Source of the DNA: Octopus vulgaris | Taxonomy: Eukaryota | DNA: 64,000 bases | Reading direction: 5' to 3' | NCBI GenBank assembly: GCA_951406725.2 | Contig: OX597825.1 | Coordinates: 42,780,001-42,844,000 of the forward strand | In this document: positions 1 to 14,039 of the stretch, in pieces | Layout: each line of letters opens with the position of its first letter | Numbering within the stretch: the first letter of the stretch is position 1 | Made by a program: the position numbers and the translations under genes | The notes under the pieces: model-generated | Told to the model about the DNA's origin: nothing | Databases searched by the model: none | The model's input: only the letters and a program-made list of their open reading frames with translations

Positions 1-593
1 TGTCAGTCATTGTCAGGTTAATGTCAATAAAAATACTGAGTCCTAAGGAACAAAAGGTTGGAAATAAACAGTTTTCCAAAGGAATTTAGGGCCTGGCTAT
101 CATAATTCAGTGATCTTGCATTTTCCGCATATATATCAATGTTATGGTTGAGGAATTTTAAATTTAGATGGTTTAACATAATTTCTTTTCTTCCTGTCCG
201 AATTTACAAAATACTTCTTAGTGGAAATGAAGGATAAACCACTGGACACACCACAGACTATTCCAGTTTTGGCTTATGTAATTTTTTATATTCAAAAGAC
301 ATTGGGTATATTTACGGTGAAGTTAATTATCTCTCTTGAGTTTCTAACTATCTCGTTTTAAATGAGCATGATCATTCAAATGCTGATTGCATCAAACACA
401 GTTACTAAACCGTTTTGTTGCTTGTGTAATTTTGATAAATTGCAAAATAAATTAACCTTTATGCGAGGAGACCTGGTCTTTTCATAAAGTTTTTTGTGGC
501 TTTTATTGTGAAAACATTTTCACTAACTTAATTGATTGGAGTGGGATACTATGTGTCGAAAATCATACCCCACAGTATATATATATGAATATA

Positions 594-1782
594 CCAGACT
601 GACTCAAAAGTTCTTTTAGATTTTCATTGATGACTTTTGCAACTTGTATCTCTATGTTACATCATTAATTTGATATCACTTGTTGTCCAATCATAGTTGA
701 ATTGTTTAATCTTGTTATTCATATATAACATATAAACATCACTTGTTTATTCTTTATTTTATAACTTTGATAATGGGATGTCAAAAAATTCCACTTAGAG
801 CCATTTTACGCTATCTGTGGGGAAAAAAGGACTGAGTGCAAGGGCAACAGCAAAAGATACTAATGATGTGAAAGGACCAGGAAGTGTCATTGAATGTGTG
901 ACACAGAACTGGTCCAGACGTTTCAAGGAAGGTGATTACCAGCTTCAAAGACAAACCAAGGAGACATTTTTTTGTAGAAAATGAGGCCTTGCTTCAATTG
1001 GCTGAACAAACATTTATACATTATTGGAAGAACTTGGTGCTTCACAAAATTCCATCACTTGGCACCTTCAAAAGCTCAGTTTGGTGAACATATGCTGTTG
1101 AGAAGCCACTCATCAACTGAGCAATGGGCAAGCTCAACAACGTGTAAACATTTGCAAACAACTACTGGTAAATCCTCAAGGTGTTCGGTTTTGGCATCAA
1201 ATTGTATCTGGGTACCTATTTTTGTTATCCTAATAAGAAAACTCAGTGGCAGTGTTCATGCAAGGCTTCAGAACCTGTTGTCAGAGAAGAGTAGTTTAAA
1301 CAGAAAATCATGTATGTTTGTTGGCATTTCGATGGAGTGTTAGACTTAGAGCTTCCCTCAGATGGTCATGCTGTGAACACTAGCATTTATGTGAAAGTCC
1401 ACTACCCAGTATTAGTCAACTAAAGGTGTGCACTCTTACAGCATGACAATGCCCCAGCTCACACTGCTAAGCGAACACTTACTTGAGGGTCTGGAAGTGC
1501 TGCCTCACTTTGCCTTCAATCCAAACCTTGCACTATCAGATTACCACCTATTCGGAGCTATGGCTCATTTCCTACATGGATGGAAGTTCAACTATGTGAA
1601 TGAGATTGAAAGCGAAATTGTTCGTGTCTGAACCAGACAAATGGTATAAGTGATAAATTGAGCTTCTGCCACAATGGTAGCAATAGACAATTGAACATGA
1701 TGGGATATATTTTGATGAACAAACATCTTACATGTGTAGTTTGAACTATTAAAGCTTCAAGTGAAAACTTTGACTTAACCTT
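594..1782 (+). mobile_element. Decayed mariner (Tc1/mariner) DNA transposon with transposase pseudogene
   Basis: The N-terminal HTH-like piece KKGLSARATAKD...VTQNWSRRFKEG is at ~825-935. HDNAPAHT is at ~1443. LPHFAFNPNLALSDYHLF (cf. LPHPPYSPDLAPSDYHLF) is in ORF 1428-1631. Degenerate TIRs ccagactgactcaaaagtt (594) and aaaactttgacttaacctt (1764-1782) are flanked by TA. The ORF is frameshifted. Confidence 0.85.
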
Positions 1783-2050
<268 letters not shown>

Positions 2051-3258
2051 TGTGTGGTTGTTAAAATATTATCCCTGTAGCCTGCAAAATTGTTACTATT
2101 ACTGCTATCCCGCTATCAGTTAATTATTCTTCATGTCAATCTGCTTTGTTGTCTCTGTTAAAAGAATTATATCTAACCTTTGACAAAACTTCCTATGCTG
2201 CAAATATCAAGCTGAAGTACAAGAATGTAAATTAAATATTTAACTGAATTAACTACAAATGCCACGAGTCAAATTAGGCACTATGGGAACGAATCAAATA
2301 TAAAAAAAACATTATTCTAGAAAAAACATCAATCCATGATCTATTGAACTTGGATGTTTTTGTATGTTAATGTTTAGGCATTATTATCTTTGAATAACAT
2401 CAGGCCAGTCTTCTTCTTCTTCTTGATGATGCATGAATATATGCATCCAAAACTTATATAAATCTGCACATACATTCACATTATCACATAGGGATACATA
2501 TGCATACAAACATACATTTACGTACGTGCGTGTGTGTGTGCTTCTGTACATATGTAAATATGTCTATGTGTATGTATATATGTATAAGTATATATCAATA
2601 TGTGCAAATCTATGTAGATGTATATGTATGTACAGAGAGAGAGAGAGAGGGGGAGAGATAGTATGAGTCAGTGAGAACGAAAGAGAATCTGAATGGAGAT
2701 AATTGGCTTTTCTTTTTTGTTTCAAAAACCATGATCCTATCAAACTGCTATTTTTGCTTACGGTTGGTATTAATTTAGTTTTTTGTTCTTTATAAATCTT
2801 TTGTTGATTTGATGATGTTATCTGATTGTTTTGTAATTTCCTACAAAACAGAAATTTTCATTGCTGAAACGTTTGTAAAATCGTATCAAATAAGTGTAGA
2901 ATCTTATCTCCTTTATTGTTTTCTATTTTCTATATGCAATCTGTATTCAAATTATCAATGGATAACTACAGCAAGGTATTCAGCTTAATCATTATCTTTC
3001 ACCTCACGAATTTGCCTTTCACTCTATAGTAATACTAAATATTGGCTATTTGTTATACTCTATACTTTGCACAATGTATATATACACAAGCATATTCTTC
3101 TTGTTAGCAGAAAATAATCAACTAAAAGCACTTTTGCTAATTTGCATATAGTACACGCATAAAGGTAAACTTTAAAAGAAAAAAATATGGCTCCTAATGT
3201 ACATTGACTATTTCTTTGTACATTGGTAATTTTATTTACTTACCTTAGTGGGAATTGC

Positions 3259-3393
<135 letters not shown>

Positions 3394-4569
3394 AACTAAA
3401 ATCAGAAAATAATTGGTCCAGGAAACTAGATGGTAAAATGTTTTTCATTTTTCAATTCGTTCCTGTCGAATTTTATCCCTAATTTTTGTGGTTATAGAAC
3501 CTAGCTTTTCTTTCTAGCGTGTTGAATTCCTATAAGTAGATTCCTTACGTGTAAATATACACTATATCTTATTAAGGAATTCAATATAAATTCATCCTAT
3601 TATAAAAAATGAGGAAATACCTTAAATCGAAGAGCGGATTCAAAATACGTGTTGCAAATAATTATATACGAAATATAATTTGATTAATACAATTAATACA
3701 TTAAAAATTAAAATTAAAATTAAAATTTTCACGCTGCATTACATAAATATTTTACAACAGTATATACGCATACTAAACCATCAATATACAAATATACATT
3801 AAAATACACAGATGGATATACACAAACTACATACATATGCAGACATATATATGTATGACTGAAATATACACTCAAATGCACATATACATATGTATACATA
3901 TGTACGCAATCATGCTCGTAAGCAAAAACCACTTGGTGTATACATATAGACGGGAAGTAAAACGCAGAGAAGGGGAAAGAAAAAGAAAAGGGAAGGATCT
4001 TATATGTAACAGTTAGCAGTAAGAGAAGGGGAGAGGCGTGCAAAGTTAAAGGAGTCTATACAAGTAACGAATAAAGGGAGAAAAAATACTTTTCCGTAAG
4101 GAAGGAAAAGAAAGAAAGAAAGATAGAAAGCTATCGAACGTACACAAAATAAAACTGCGTATACATGTGTATACAAAAGTGTATATTAGCAATAAGTACA
4201 CATATAAGAACATGTATATAAATATATGGAAATAAGTACGTAAATACACATCCACACAAATCCAAGTGAATACATGTATACATATACATCCATATATGTG
4301 CACAAGTATAGACATACACGCTTACTTACACATATACATAGACGCATACATACGAATATTTATGCATGCCAACAATACAAACATCCACATAAAAACATGT
4401 TTAGGTCCTGACGTATAGATACAAACAAGATTATTTAAAAAAATTGCTGAGTGCATAGTAATAAAATTCGGATTAAAGAAATGCAAAATAGAACACCCTA
4501 TATCGAATTATCTATGAATTAAATGATTAAAATGGGTTTATAAAATAAAATGAAATGAAATAAAATAAA

Positions 4570-5010
4570 AGTAGAATCGTTTATATTTTTGTTTTGCAAG
4601 ATTTTTGATGTGAAATCGTGTGTTGAAACAGATATTGTTGTATTTAGGAATGGTCATTTTGCCAGTTTAGCCAATAAAAACACACGCACTATATATTTGG
4701 TGTTACTTTGCTTCAGCGTTATTTATTTTTTACATTACTCTTAATTTTATTTCAACCTGAGTTCTTTCGTCACACTCCTGTGACCTCATCAGTGGTCCTT
4801 TGCTTTCTTCTTTCTTATTTGTGTGTCTCTCCTTACTAACGGTCAGCCATTTTGTATTTTGTATTTTTATTGTGTGTCTTCATTTGCGTATGCGTATATC
4901 TCTACGTGTGTCTATGTTTAGTTAGTGTGTGTAATATTTGTATCTCCTGTTTATATACGTTCGTGTAGTTTGTTTTTGTTTATTTTTATTTTGTTCATGT
5001 TTACACCTAC
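4570..5010 (-). mobile_element. PLE pseudo-LTR with hammerhead motif and ORF start (MTIPKYNNICFNTRFHIKNLAKQ)
   Basis: Lies directly 3' of the PLE RT/EN remnant on the same strand. Contains the HHR at 4755-4797 and an ATG at 4657. Homologous to 31490-31720. Confidence 0.7.
4755..4797 (-). ncRNA. Minimal type I hammerhead ribozyme motif (canonical C3-G8 core)
   Basis: Minus strand reads gacca CUGAUGA g gucaca-ggag-ugugac GAAA gaac UC agguu. Core boxes are intact and stem II is 6 bp; the first pair of stem I is mismatched. Confidence 0.75.
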
Positions 5011-5080
<70 letters not shown>

Positions 5081-5148
5081 CATTATTATTATGTATGTAT
5101 GTATGTATGTATAATAATAATAATATTAATAATAATAATAATAATAAA
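5011..5148. repeat. (TTA)n - (TATG)n - (ATA)n microsatellite
   Basis: Directly visible. Confidence 0.95.
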
Positions 5149-5339
5149 AGAGAAAAAAAAGAAGAATCTTAAACAAGAAAATAATTTTTGCATATAACAT
5201 TGGAAGGTTTTCCTTAAGAAATTGTCGAAATATATACAATAACTTTGCAATGCAAAATAAATCATGTACAATAAGAAACAAATCCAACAATGTGATTAAA
5301 AACTAGTCCAAGAATTAAAAATATACACTATCCATATAG

Positions 5340-6705
5340 TATATTGCTAGCCGACATTTTAAATTTAGCTGTGTGCCTGCAGGAATTCAAGAGTTCGCTT
5401 CTTTGATTTAAAGAGTTATTGTCCTGGAATAAAATGAATTATTTTTCCAGCAGGCATAAATCACATTTGATGGGTCTTTTATGTGCACTGTGCCTGTAAG
5501 GTGTAAAATACTCCATGTCACATTGGAAGGTCGGGCTTCTTTTACTTTTAATTCCAAAACATATTTTGCCACACTGGTCTTCGTCCTATTTTCGGGCTAT
5601 CTGAAGGAATTTTTATGCGAATAAAATAGGGTTTTGAAAGAATTTTCAGAAGTCCCTGTATAAGTTCTACATTCGCGGGAGCCTTCTATCTGCACCTTGG
5701 CTCTACACACGATTCCTTTCTCCAGACATTTTCCTTCCAACGGACAGGAAGACCCATCTTTGCCATTACAATTTTTAAGAAGAGAATCGGCACTATGATT
5801 GTTAGCAATTATTCTACTGTTGTGTTGGTTAATAAAAGAGGCGAAGTTTTTGCAGCAAGATTAGCTGATCTGCAGCGTTCTTCTATTAAATATTCTATAA
5901 AACTTATGGTCAGGTTGAAAATGTCTAGAGAGTAATTTCAAGAATTCCCTAACTATATTTGTTTTTACGGCCATATTGAAAGCTTGGTTAAAGCACAAAA
6001 CTTTCCTAGTCCTAGTTATACGTGTAGCATTACTGCCAACATTAAGTTGGTTATACTGGATCTTCTCAGAGAATCCACTATTCCTTAATGCGTTATTGTA
6101 ATAAGGTGCGGCATTTTGGAATGCTGACTCATCCGAAGAAATTGACGATATTCGTCTACCTACATTACTAAGTTCCTAAGAATAATTGGCAGATGATTGG
6201 ATTCTCTGCTAATATAAGACAGCTTATCATTAGGCTTACGGTAAGGTTTAAATTTACCGACTGTAAATCCAAATTAACATCTAAAAACTCTACACTTTTC
6301 AGGTTAGTATCTATAGTAAAACCGTAATCCCATCCTTTGGAAGGAAGCAATAAGATCCTTCCTAAGCTTATCTAATTCATGGCCGTTTAAATTATGGGTG
6401 ACTATAAGGCCGTCATCCCTATATAATCTGCGTCTATAAACGGGAATTCTAGCTTTAGATTATGTGGAAAATAAGCTCTTATGAGCATACATAACTCAGC
6501 CTCGTCGTATGCCCACATCGTTACATCCCCACTCTTCTTAACCCGGGTAGAATCCTCGTAAAAAAGAAGTGATTTCCTCGCATGAATGATAATATCTATT
6601 TCCTAGTTATCGATCTTGACATACTACTTGGCGAAGTCTAATGATATTGACGGGTAAAAGTCAATATCAAACTGCATAAATTAGCAGTTTTGCTTATGGC
6701 TAATC
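5340..6705 (-). mobile_element. Penelope-like retroelement, decayed RT plus C-terminal GIY-YIG region
   Basis: Minus-strand translation across frameshifts gives FMQFDIDFYPSI, DVTMWAYDEAEL, LYRDDGL (~6407-6427), VEFLDVNLDL, CNGKDGSSCPLEGKCLEKGIV, CDLCLLEK and NSLNQRSELLNSCRH. Confidence 0.88.
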
Positions 6706-6711
6706 CCTATA

Positions 6712-7255
6712 TAGCAGTGCTCGGAAAGAAGGTGTATCGCGTGTGAAAATCGCAATGATCATGGCAGAGAAAGTTTTCATGTCGATACCTGCATGGAGGC
6801 CTACGGAAAGTTGCACAAAGTGTATGGAGAGGAGTGTATGAGCCACACACAAACATACGAGTGATTATGACGTTACCAAATGGCCAAAAATGTCGATATT
6901 GACGAACATTCTGGGAAACCGGAAAACAGCAGAAATAGGAAAAACATCGCAGATATGCGTGCATCTGTGAAGGGAAATCGTCGATTCACCATCCGTGAGT
7001 TGTCACAGGATTAGCTATGGTTCAGTTCAGTCTATTATCACTGAAAATTTGAGTATGAGACGTGTGTCTGCCAAAAAGACACACGGGTGTCACCTTGATT
7101 GCGAAAAGGACGATGGAAATTTTTTGAAAACTTTGCATAGGCCTCTATGCAGGTATCATTAAGCTTTTTGGCAAAATTTGATGTAGATTCTATGCTCAAC
7201 TTTCTCTGTTATGGTCAATGCGACGATCACACGCTACATACCTTCATTTCAAGCT
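6712..7255 (+). mobile_element. Internally deleted mariner derivative with inverted copy of its 5' end
   Basis: Translates to TCMEAYGKLHKVYGEECMSHTQTYE...GNRRFTIRELS..ISYGSVQSIITENLSMRRVSAK (mariner HTH). 7128-7245 is the reverse complement of 6728-6812. Confidence 0.8.
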
Positions 7256-8043
7256 CTGCTGTTTCCTTGTGCTGTTACCTTTTCAGAGTAGGCAGAGCCA
7301 ATGGGATTGGTGCCATTATTATAAATAGAATTTGAATTTTCAATGGTAAGACTTAGATGTCAACAGTTGGAATATTTTGTTTGCAATTAGTGTATGAAAT
7401 CTATGATTATTGTAACTTATGTATCATGCTAAAATGAACAGAGAGCATGAGAAGAAGGAGGGGAATGTATGCTAATCAAAAACCTAAACACATGATTGTA
7501 GACTTAGAAAAATTTAATTGGGAAAAATTTGTGGTGAAAATGAAAGTTTAGTATTGAAAGTAATGTAAAAGTTTGGAAAACGTTTTAGTTAACTGACAGA
7601 ATCAATTCAAATTATGCATATATCAGTCAAGAAACTCCTCCTGTATAGCATCAGTTATTCATGTTTTCCATTGTATGTAAATGAAGGGGTGAAACTAGAT
7701 ATGATGTGTTGCTTTTGAATTCTTGACACAAAAGAAATTCGAGTTGTCCGTTCACAGAATGCATTTAAGGGTGTGCTTCTTTGCTATAACGGTAACTGTA
7801 ATATGGTTATATGTGAGTGTGTGTGTGATCTTTGTTTCACTATAGTTTTTGTTTTGAATTCAATATGTATTTGCAGTCAATTTTTGCTATCAGATCTTGC
7901 AAGTTCTTGTACCAGTAGCCTTTGTATGTAAGCACTTATCCATATATACTTTTACTTGTGTTTATATACATACCAACAGGCCTATGCTAACTTAAACACA
8001 CACACACACTCATATATATAAATAAATATATATATATAAATAA

Positions 8044-8086
<43 letters not shown>

Positions 8087-8096
8087 GCCAAGGCAA

Positions 8097-10985
8097 CTTT
8101 TCCAGCATCTCAAGCCAATTTGATCATTACTATGAATGAGTATTTGATGCACTGAAGTTTGACTCTAATATCCTATGTCTCTACCAGCCATCATTTGAAA
8201 TTTATATAAACCTTTTTCAATAAATTTTGCAATAAAAATATTTATTATGTTCTTGCTTGTCATGTATGCATAACACGCAGTCCTGCTTCACCAAACAAAT
8301 ACCATACATCCAACCACAGTGTTAAATTGATGTAAACATACCTGTTCCAGTGCAACATTTACTCAATTGCGATATTCAAAAATGCTGCCAAACCAACCAT
8401 CTTTCCCCGGTGGTGACCAGCCATATAAAAAAAAGAAGCTAACAACAATGACAACTTCAAAGAAAGGCCAGTCAAATCAGCTATGCAACTGTTATTCGAC
8501 TGCCTTAGCCATGACAAAACAGAGTTGCTCAACAAACTTCAAAGTGACAGAAAGCCAATGATCTACAGTTCACCACCCATCCACTACCAGTTTCATATCT
8601 TCAATGGTGACGTCAATAGCATAAGAACTCGCTATCAGCTACCAGCTTCAAGCTGGTAGCACAAACAATGAAATGTAACTGAACAATTTTTCGGACACAT
8701 GACTTCACAGAATAGATTCACAAGAACTCTTTCTTTGCATGTTCCTATTTTCTTTAGTATCAACAGCATTAAATCCAGTAGGTTTACTTTATGTGTTGCT
8801 AAAAAGAACAATGTCACACTGCTAACTTCATTCATTCTCATGCCAGCATGCTTTACAACCTTGTAAACAATAACATTAAAGTTGCTTTTGCAATAATTTC
8901 CTAAAAAGTTATTGTAGACAATTTCATGCACAAGCTGCATTCATTTCCAGCAGACACACTTGCAGCTGGAAATTTCACTAATGTGCATGTATTTTTCATG
9001 ATGTTCCTTTTCTCTCTGGCCGATTTCACACCATCCATCTTGCATTCACACTACACACTGCTTTTGCAATGATTTTTTGCTGCATGATTACGCATAAATG
9101 TTTGCAGATTTCTCAGGTTAATTTTTGTTTCACCATTCCTGTTATCATAAACAACGTGCATACATGCATTCAATTACATGCATACCACATTCTCTTGGCA
9201 TTTCCACGCAGAAGAAACACAAACCATGCTTTCTGTACTCTCTACTTTGTCTTGACTTTGCTATAGTCTCATTGTCTCTTGAATAAATTTTAAGTGGCTC
9301 AGCTCATCCAGCACATTGCTTTTCTTTCCCTTCACTATACACAGCACCATCAAAAGCACAGCTATTTGTATATCTATGAAAATTATATTTAATAAAAATA
9401 ATATTTTGTCCTAAATTGCATTTGTTATGCATTCACAAACACATACCTTAGCAACAGACAAGTTAGAGCAAGTTTCGCTTTTGCTGGCTCACTAGCAGAT
9501 AAATTCACACTTTCTGCAAACCTCAATTGCAGTCCATTACATTCCTGTATGCATCTTATATGGTGTCCATACTTCTGGGCAAAATACACCATCTTTTCAT
9601 CACTGTTCTACTCCATATTGTTGCTTAAAAGCTGGCAGTCTTGCATTTTTCTTTGTTTAAGTAAGGTATACAAGAACTTCTCTCTCTTTCTATTGCTTAT
9701 ATTTGTGTTGCGAAATAGCGTTCTTCTTCAAGTCGTTGACTACTAATCATCATTATCATTGTTCGACCGTGGTCGAGACAATGGAATTTACTATGTTACG
9801 CCAGACTTCACGGTCCATCATAGCATTACGGAGGTCCTGTTGCTGGATGCCTGTATCCCTGGAGAATTACATCAGGGTAGGAGAGTGTGCGCCCTCTGGT
9901 ATTGCGAGTAGATGGCTTCCAGAGGAAAAGAGTAGAAATTACTTCTTTTTCAGCTCTACAACAATGTCCAGCAAACTGGACTCTCCTACCTTTCACAAGA
10001 GATGACACAGGTGGTAATTTCCCATATATTTGCATTTTGGTTGGATAGCGCCTCCACGAGAGATTTTGAGCTCTCATAAGGAGGCGAGTGTAGGTTCCAT
10101 CCAACCGCCTCTCAAGCTTCTTTGATAACGTCCAGGTTACTGAGCCATATAGTAGAATTGGTTCGACTGTGGCTTAGAATATTTCAAGTTTGAAGTCTCT
10201 ACTTAGATTTGATGACCAGATCTTATGCATGTCATTACAGGCTGACCAGGCCATACCCTTTCTAGTTAGAAAGTCTTTTCCAGATGATGATATGTATGAC
10301 CCAAGATATTTATAATCAGAAACCATATTTAAAGGCGCACTGTTGAGAGTGTGGATGATGCAATCACTGTTGGACAGGCACTTGTTTATGTATTCAGTTT
10401 TGACTACTAATACAAGCATTACTACATCACTTTTACTTTTGTTCATGCTTCACATATTTAATTGCATTCGTATTTGTGTTATAATTTGTATTATTATTTT
10501 ACTCAGTACATTGTTTACCACTTCATTACTGGTGGATGCTGTGTAGGGAGACAGAATTGAACCATAAATTCTCAGCTGCCAGGTATAGATCATGCCCAAA
10601 TCATTCACTCTGTCGTTATTATCAACCAATTAGCTTGCAGTAATATCATGCCATATGATGAACTTAATCAAATGTCTATGAAGTTTTTCTACATTTTCAT
10701 AGTATCAAGAATATTTGCAGAGGTTGAGAGAGAGCTAAGAACACACATCCACACCTCTTTCCAAGCAAAATTGAGTCTTCCATTGTTGATTTGAGCTAGA
10801 AATGAAAAGAATTCTCCTTCATAATTTCAAACCAATTTTCCAGGCATCTCAAGTCTAAATAATCATGACTATAAATATTTGTTTCAGCTGGAGTTTGATT
10901 CTAATCTCTTACATCTCTAGCAGCAGTCATTAGAAATTTATATAAACATGTTCAAGAAATATTACAATAAATGAATACACAATTT
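8097..10985. repeat. Two diverged ~145-bp direct repeats (8097-8240 and 10836-10985) bracketing a decayed unknown element
   Basis: ttttccag(g)catctcaag...gaaatttatataaac...caataaa occurs at both positions. Confidence 0.6.
9748..10399 (-). mobile_element. 5'-truncated non-LTR retrotransposon (RTE-like) 3' end with 12-bp TSD
   Basis: Translates to KTEY...DYKYLGSYI...AWSACNDMHKIW...VEPILLYGSVTWTL...RRVQFAGHCCR, followed by a (TGA)n-like tail. The TSD ttgactactaat is at 9736-9747 and 10400-10411. Confidence 0.9.
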
Positions 10986-12769
10986 TGTTCACATCTGTTA
11001 ATTATGATATAGCATGCACTCAAAACAGCAAACTAAAGAGCCTGTGACATTGGTGACAACATATTTTTTCAGTGTTATAAATTAATATAGTTATCTATAT
11101 ATCCTACATAATGTATATACATTGCTGACAAGCATGTTACTGTTCAGGGATAACATCTGTAACGGTCATATAGTGTTTAAAAAGCAATTAATATTGAAGG
11201 GAGACAAAAAATCATCCCAATGAGAATGTCAGATGAATTTCAGCCAAGTTGAGCCTTATGAATGATGTGGTACTCAATGCCCAGCTGACCTTTGTCACAT
11301 CCATTATAGGCAATAACAAAAATGTATCTACTACTATTGTCAATAGCCACCTGGTTTAATACTAAAATTTTCTCTGGACAAATATTGCAGTAACTTACCT
11401 GCCAGTGCTGTATATACATTAAGTATGATACATAGATGGCTATTTTAATTTAATACTACTTCAATCGCATACATCAATTTTTTGTTGTGAATTTATTGTT
11501 TTCAATGTTTTCTACATTACTGATGGCAAATACCATCTAGACATGTGGTTGGCTGTGAGTAAATGTCATTGATATTTGTATATATACACATACACAAACA
11601 CGTGCTCATGCACACAGAAATAGGTTTTGAGTTACACTGTTATATTGTACAGCAATGTGTTAGATTATATTTGACACTTCATACTGTGTACTTAAATTTA
11701 TATTATATTTTATATAATGATTATTGTCTATTTATCATTGATACATGCATCTGGGTTGAGATGGTGAAGATGTGGTTATTTATGTCATTGGTTGTGTGAT
11801 GGTAGATGCATTGTTACAACCCCATGCACTTTTGAGGATGAAAAAGTAGTTGGATTTGGCTTCTGCTTGTTCTGTGTGACCTGCTTTGGGGAACTCTAAA
11901 CGTTTGATCTTGTTGTTGTGTCAAAAGCATTTTTATTTCAATACTGCTTATCAATCATTCAATGGCCTACTATAGATGCTAGTTTCTTTACATTGTATCC
12001 TTTGATCCTTTCTTTTATATTATGGACCATTTCTTAGATATAGGTTGCTGCCACTCTATACACTTCCTGCATCCACAGTTTTTCACTTTACTTAATATTG
12101 AATGCTATAATGGCTCTTCCTATATTTTCAACTACATTGATTGTAGGTTTCATTTTGTGTAACACTATCCTAAATGCATGATATAATTTGCTGGTGGACT
12201 TATTATCTGCAGCAAAAGATTCACCCTAAAACTTAGTTTTACACAACAAACCTGCCTTGTCTGTGAATTTACTTTTTCTTTCTAACATGATAGTTTTATT
12301 ATCTATCCACCCATCCATGCATACATACATAAATCTGTACATGCATATATACACAGATAGATGGATGGATGGATATATAGATACATACATACATACATAC
12401 ATACATACATGTACCCATCACAACACCTGTATAACATGAACTGGAATTAGATCTGTCCATATCTATTATTTGCTAACATAACACTTCTTTACTGCAAACC
12501 ATCATTCTCTCTATGCATTTCATTCTTTATTGACAAGCACTGCATGCTGAACATACAGAGGCAGAACTTAATTCTGCAGGAGATTTAATCCTGAAGACTG
12601 TAGTTTATGTCAAGTTCTGCTATTGAGGTCATTTTTAGTGAATATAAGCTATGTTATATAAACACTGTGCTTTAGCAACTTGTTGATGTTAAGCATATTG
12701 TATTGAGTACATAAACAAAAGTAAGGAGAAGGCTTCAAGGTTCTCCCTTCCCACTCATGCACACATATT

Positions 12770-13110
12770 TACACACATACATACATAGTTTATATATGTA
12801 TGTATATTATGTATGTATGTATGTATATATATATATATGTATACACACACCTACACACACACACACACATCATCATCATCATTATCATCATCGTAAAGCG
12901 GACACTAAACGATGATGATGATGATGATGATGTGTGTGTGTGTGTAGGTGTGTGTATATGTATATATAGGTGTGTGTGTAGATATATATGTGTGTGTGTG
13001 TATAGGTGTATATATAATACACTTGATTGATGTTCCACCACCTGTCTTAGTCATTTGTTTTCTGTAAATTTGAACTATATGTGTGTGTGTGTGTGCATGC
13101 ACACGCACCT
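12770..13110. repeat. Compound TA/CA/CAT/GAT/TG microsatellite
   Basis: Directly visible. Confidence 0.9.
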
Positions 13111-13124
13111 ATGTGTGTATGTGT

Positions 13125-13470
13125 TCTTTTATTCTTTTACTTTTTTCAGTCATTTGACTATCCCTATGCTGGAGCACTGCTTTAAAGGGTCTTAGTGAAA
13201 GAAATCAACCCCAGGACCTATTCTTTGTAAGACTAGTACTTATTCTATCAGCCTCTTTGGTTAAACTGCAAGGCCACGAAGATGTAAGCACACCATCAAG
13301 CGATGGTGCGGGTTGTCAAGCAATGGTGCAGGTACAAACATGGACACAAAGACACATAACGTAAATAAATACATATATATGACGGGCTTCTTTCAGTTTC
13401 CATCTACCAAATCCACTCACAAGGCTTTGGTCAGCCTGAGGCCAGAGTAGAAGACAATTACCCAAGTTCT
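13125..13470 (-). mobile_element. tRNA-derived SINE, family A (5'-truncated)
   Basis: Reverse complement of the family seen at 17285-17680 (cttctttcagtttccatctaccaaatccactcacaaggctttgg; atgctggagcactgc). Confidence 0.85.
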
Positions 13471-14039
13471 CATATATATATATAAATTTATTTAGAGGAT
13501 GTGTAAACCTCATGAAGGGATGGTTTCATCCAAGGAAATACTGGTTCAATACCTAGTATTTTGGGGGAGTGAATTTCCTTAAAATAATAGGTGTATATAA
13601 AAACATATAGTTTATATTTGTTTCAAAGAAGAAAAGAAAATGGAGACTAGGAAGTTTATATAATTGTTTATTATTAACAGCAAATTGGTCATCTTCACTT
13701 ACAGCTATTTCCATTAATAATAAACATTAAATTTTCACTTATGTGACATGAGCACAATATCATCAGAGGGAAAATGAGGTACATTTTGATGTTATATGTG
13801 TGCTAATGAATTCATTTTATCAGACTGAATGTAATGATTTATGATTTGTATTGTTATATGCTCAGGTGGGGAGTTTAGAGGTTGATTAGAGATAAAGTAG
13901 AATGGGTAAAGAAAATTAGAACAATAAATAAACTAAATAGAGATGACAGATGCAAGTTATATATCAATAAGGTTAGTTTATAGTTACTAAAAGAATGGAA
14001 TATTCATTTATAAAGTATGAATAAAAATATAAAAAACTT

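Noticed and set aside
13506-13548. Hammerhead-like aacCTCATGA..ggatg-gttt-catcc..GAAAtactggtt
   Set aside because: G5 is mutated, there are extra bases before GAAA and the cleavage triplet is invalid. Too degenerate to call.
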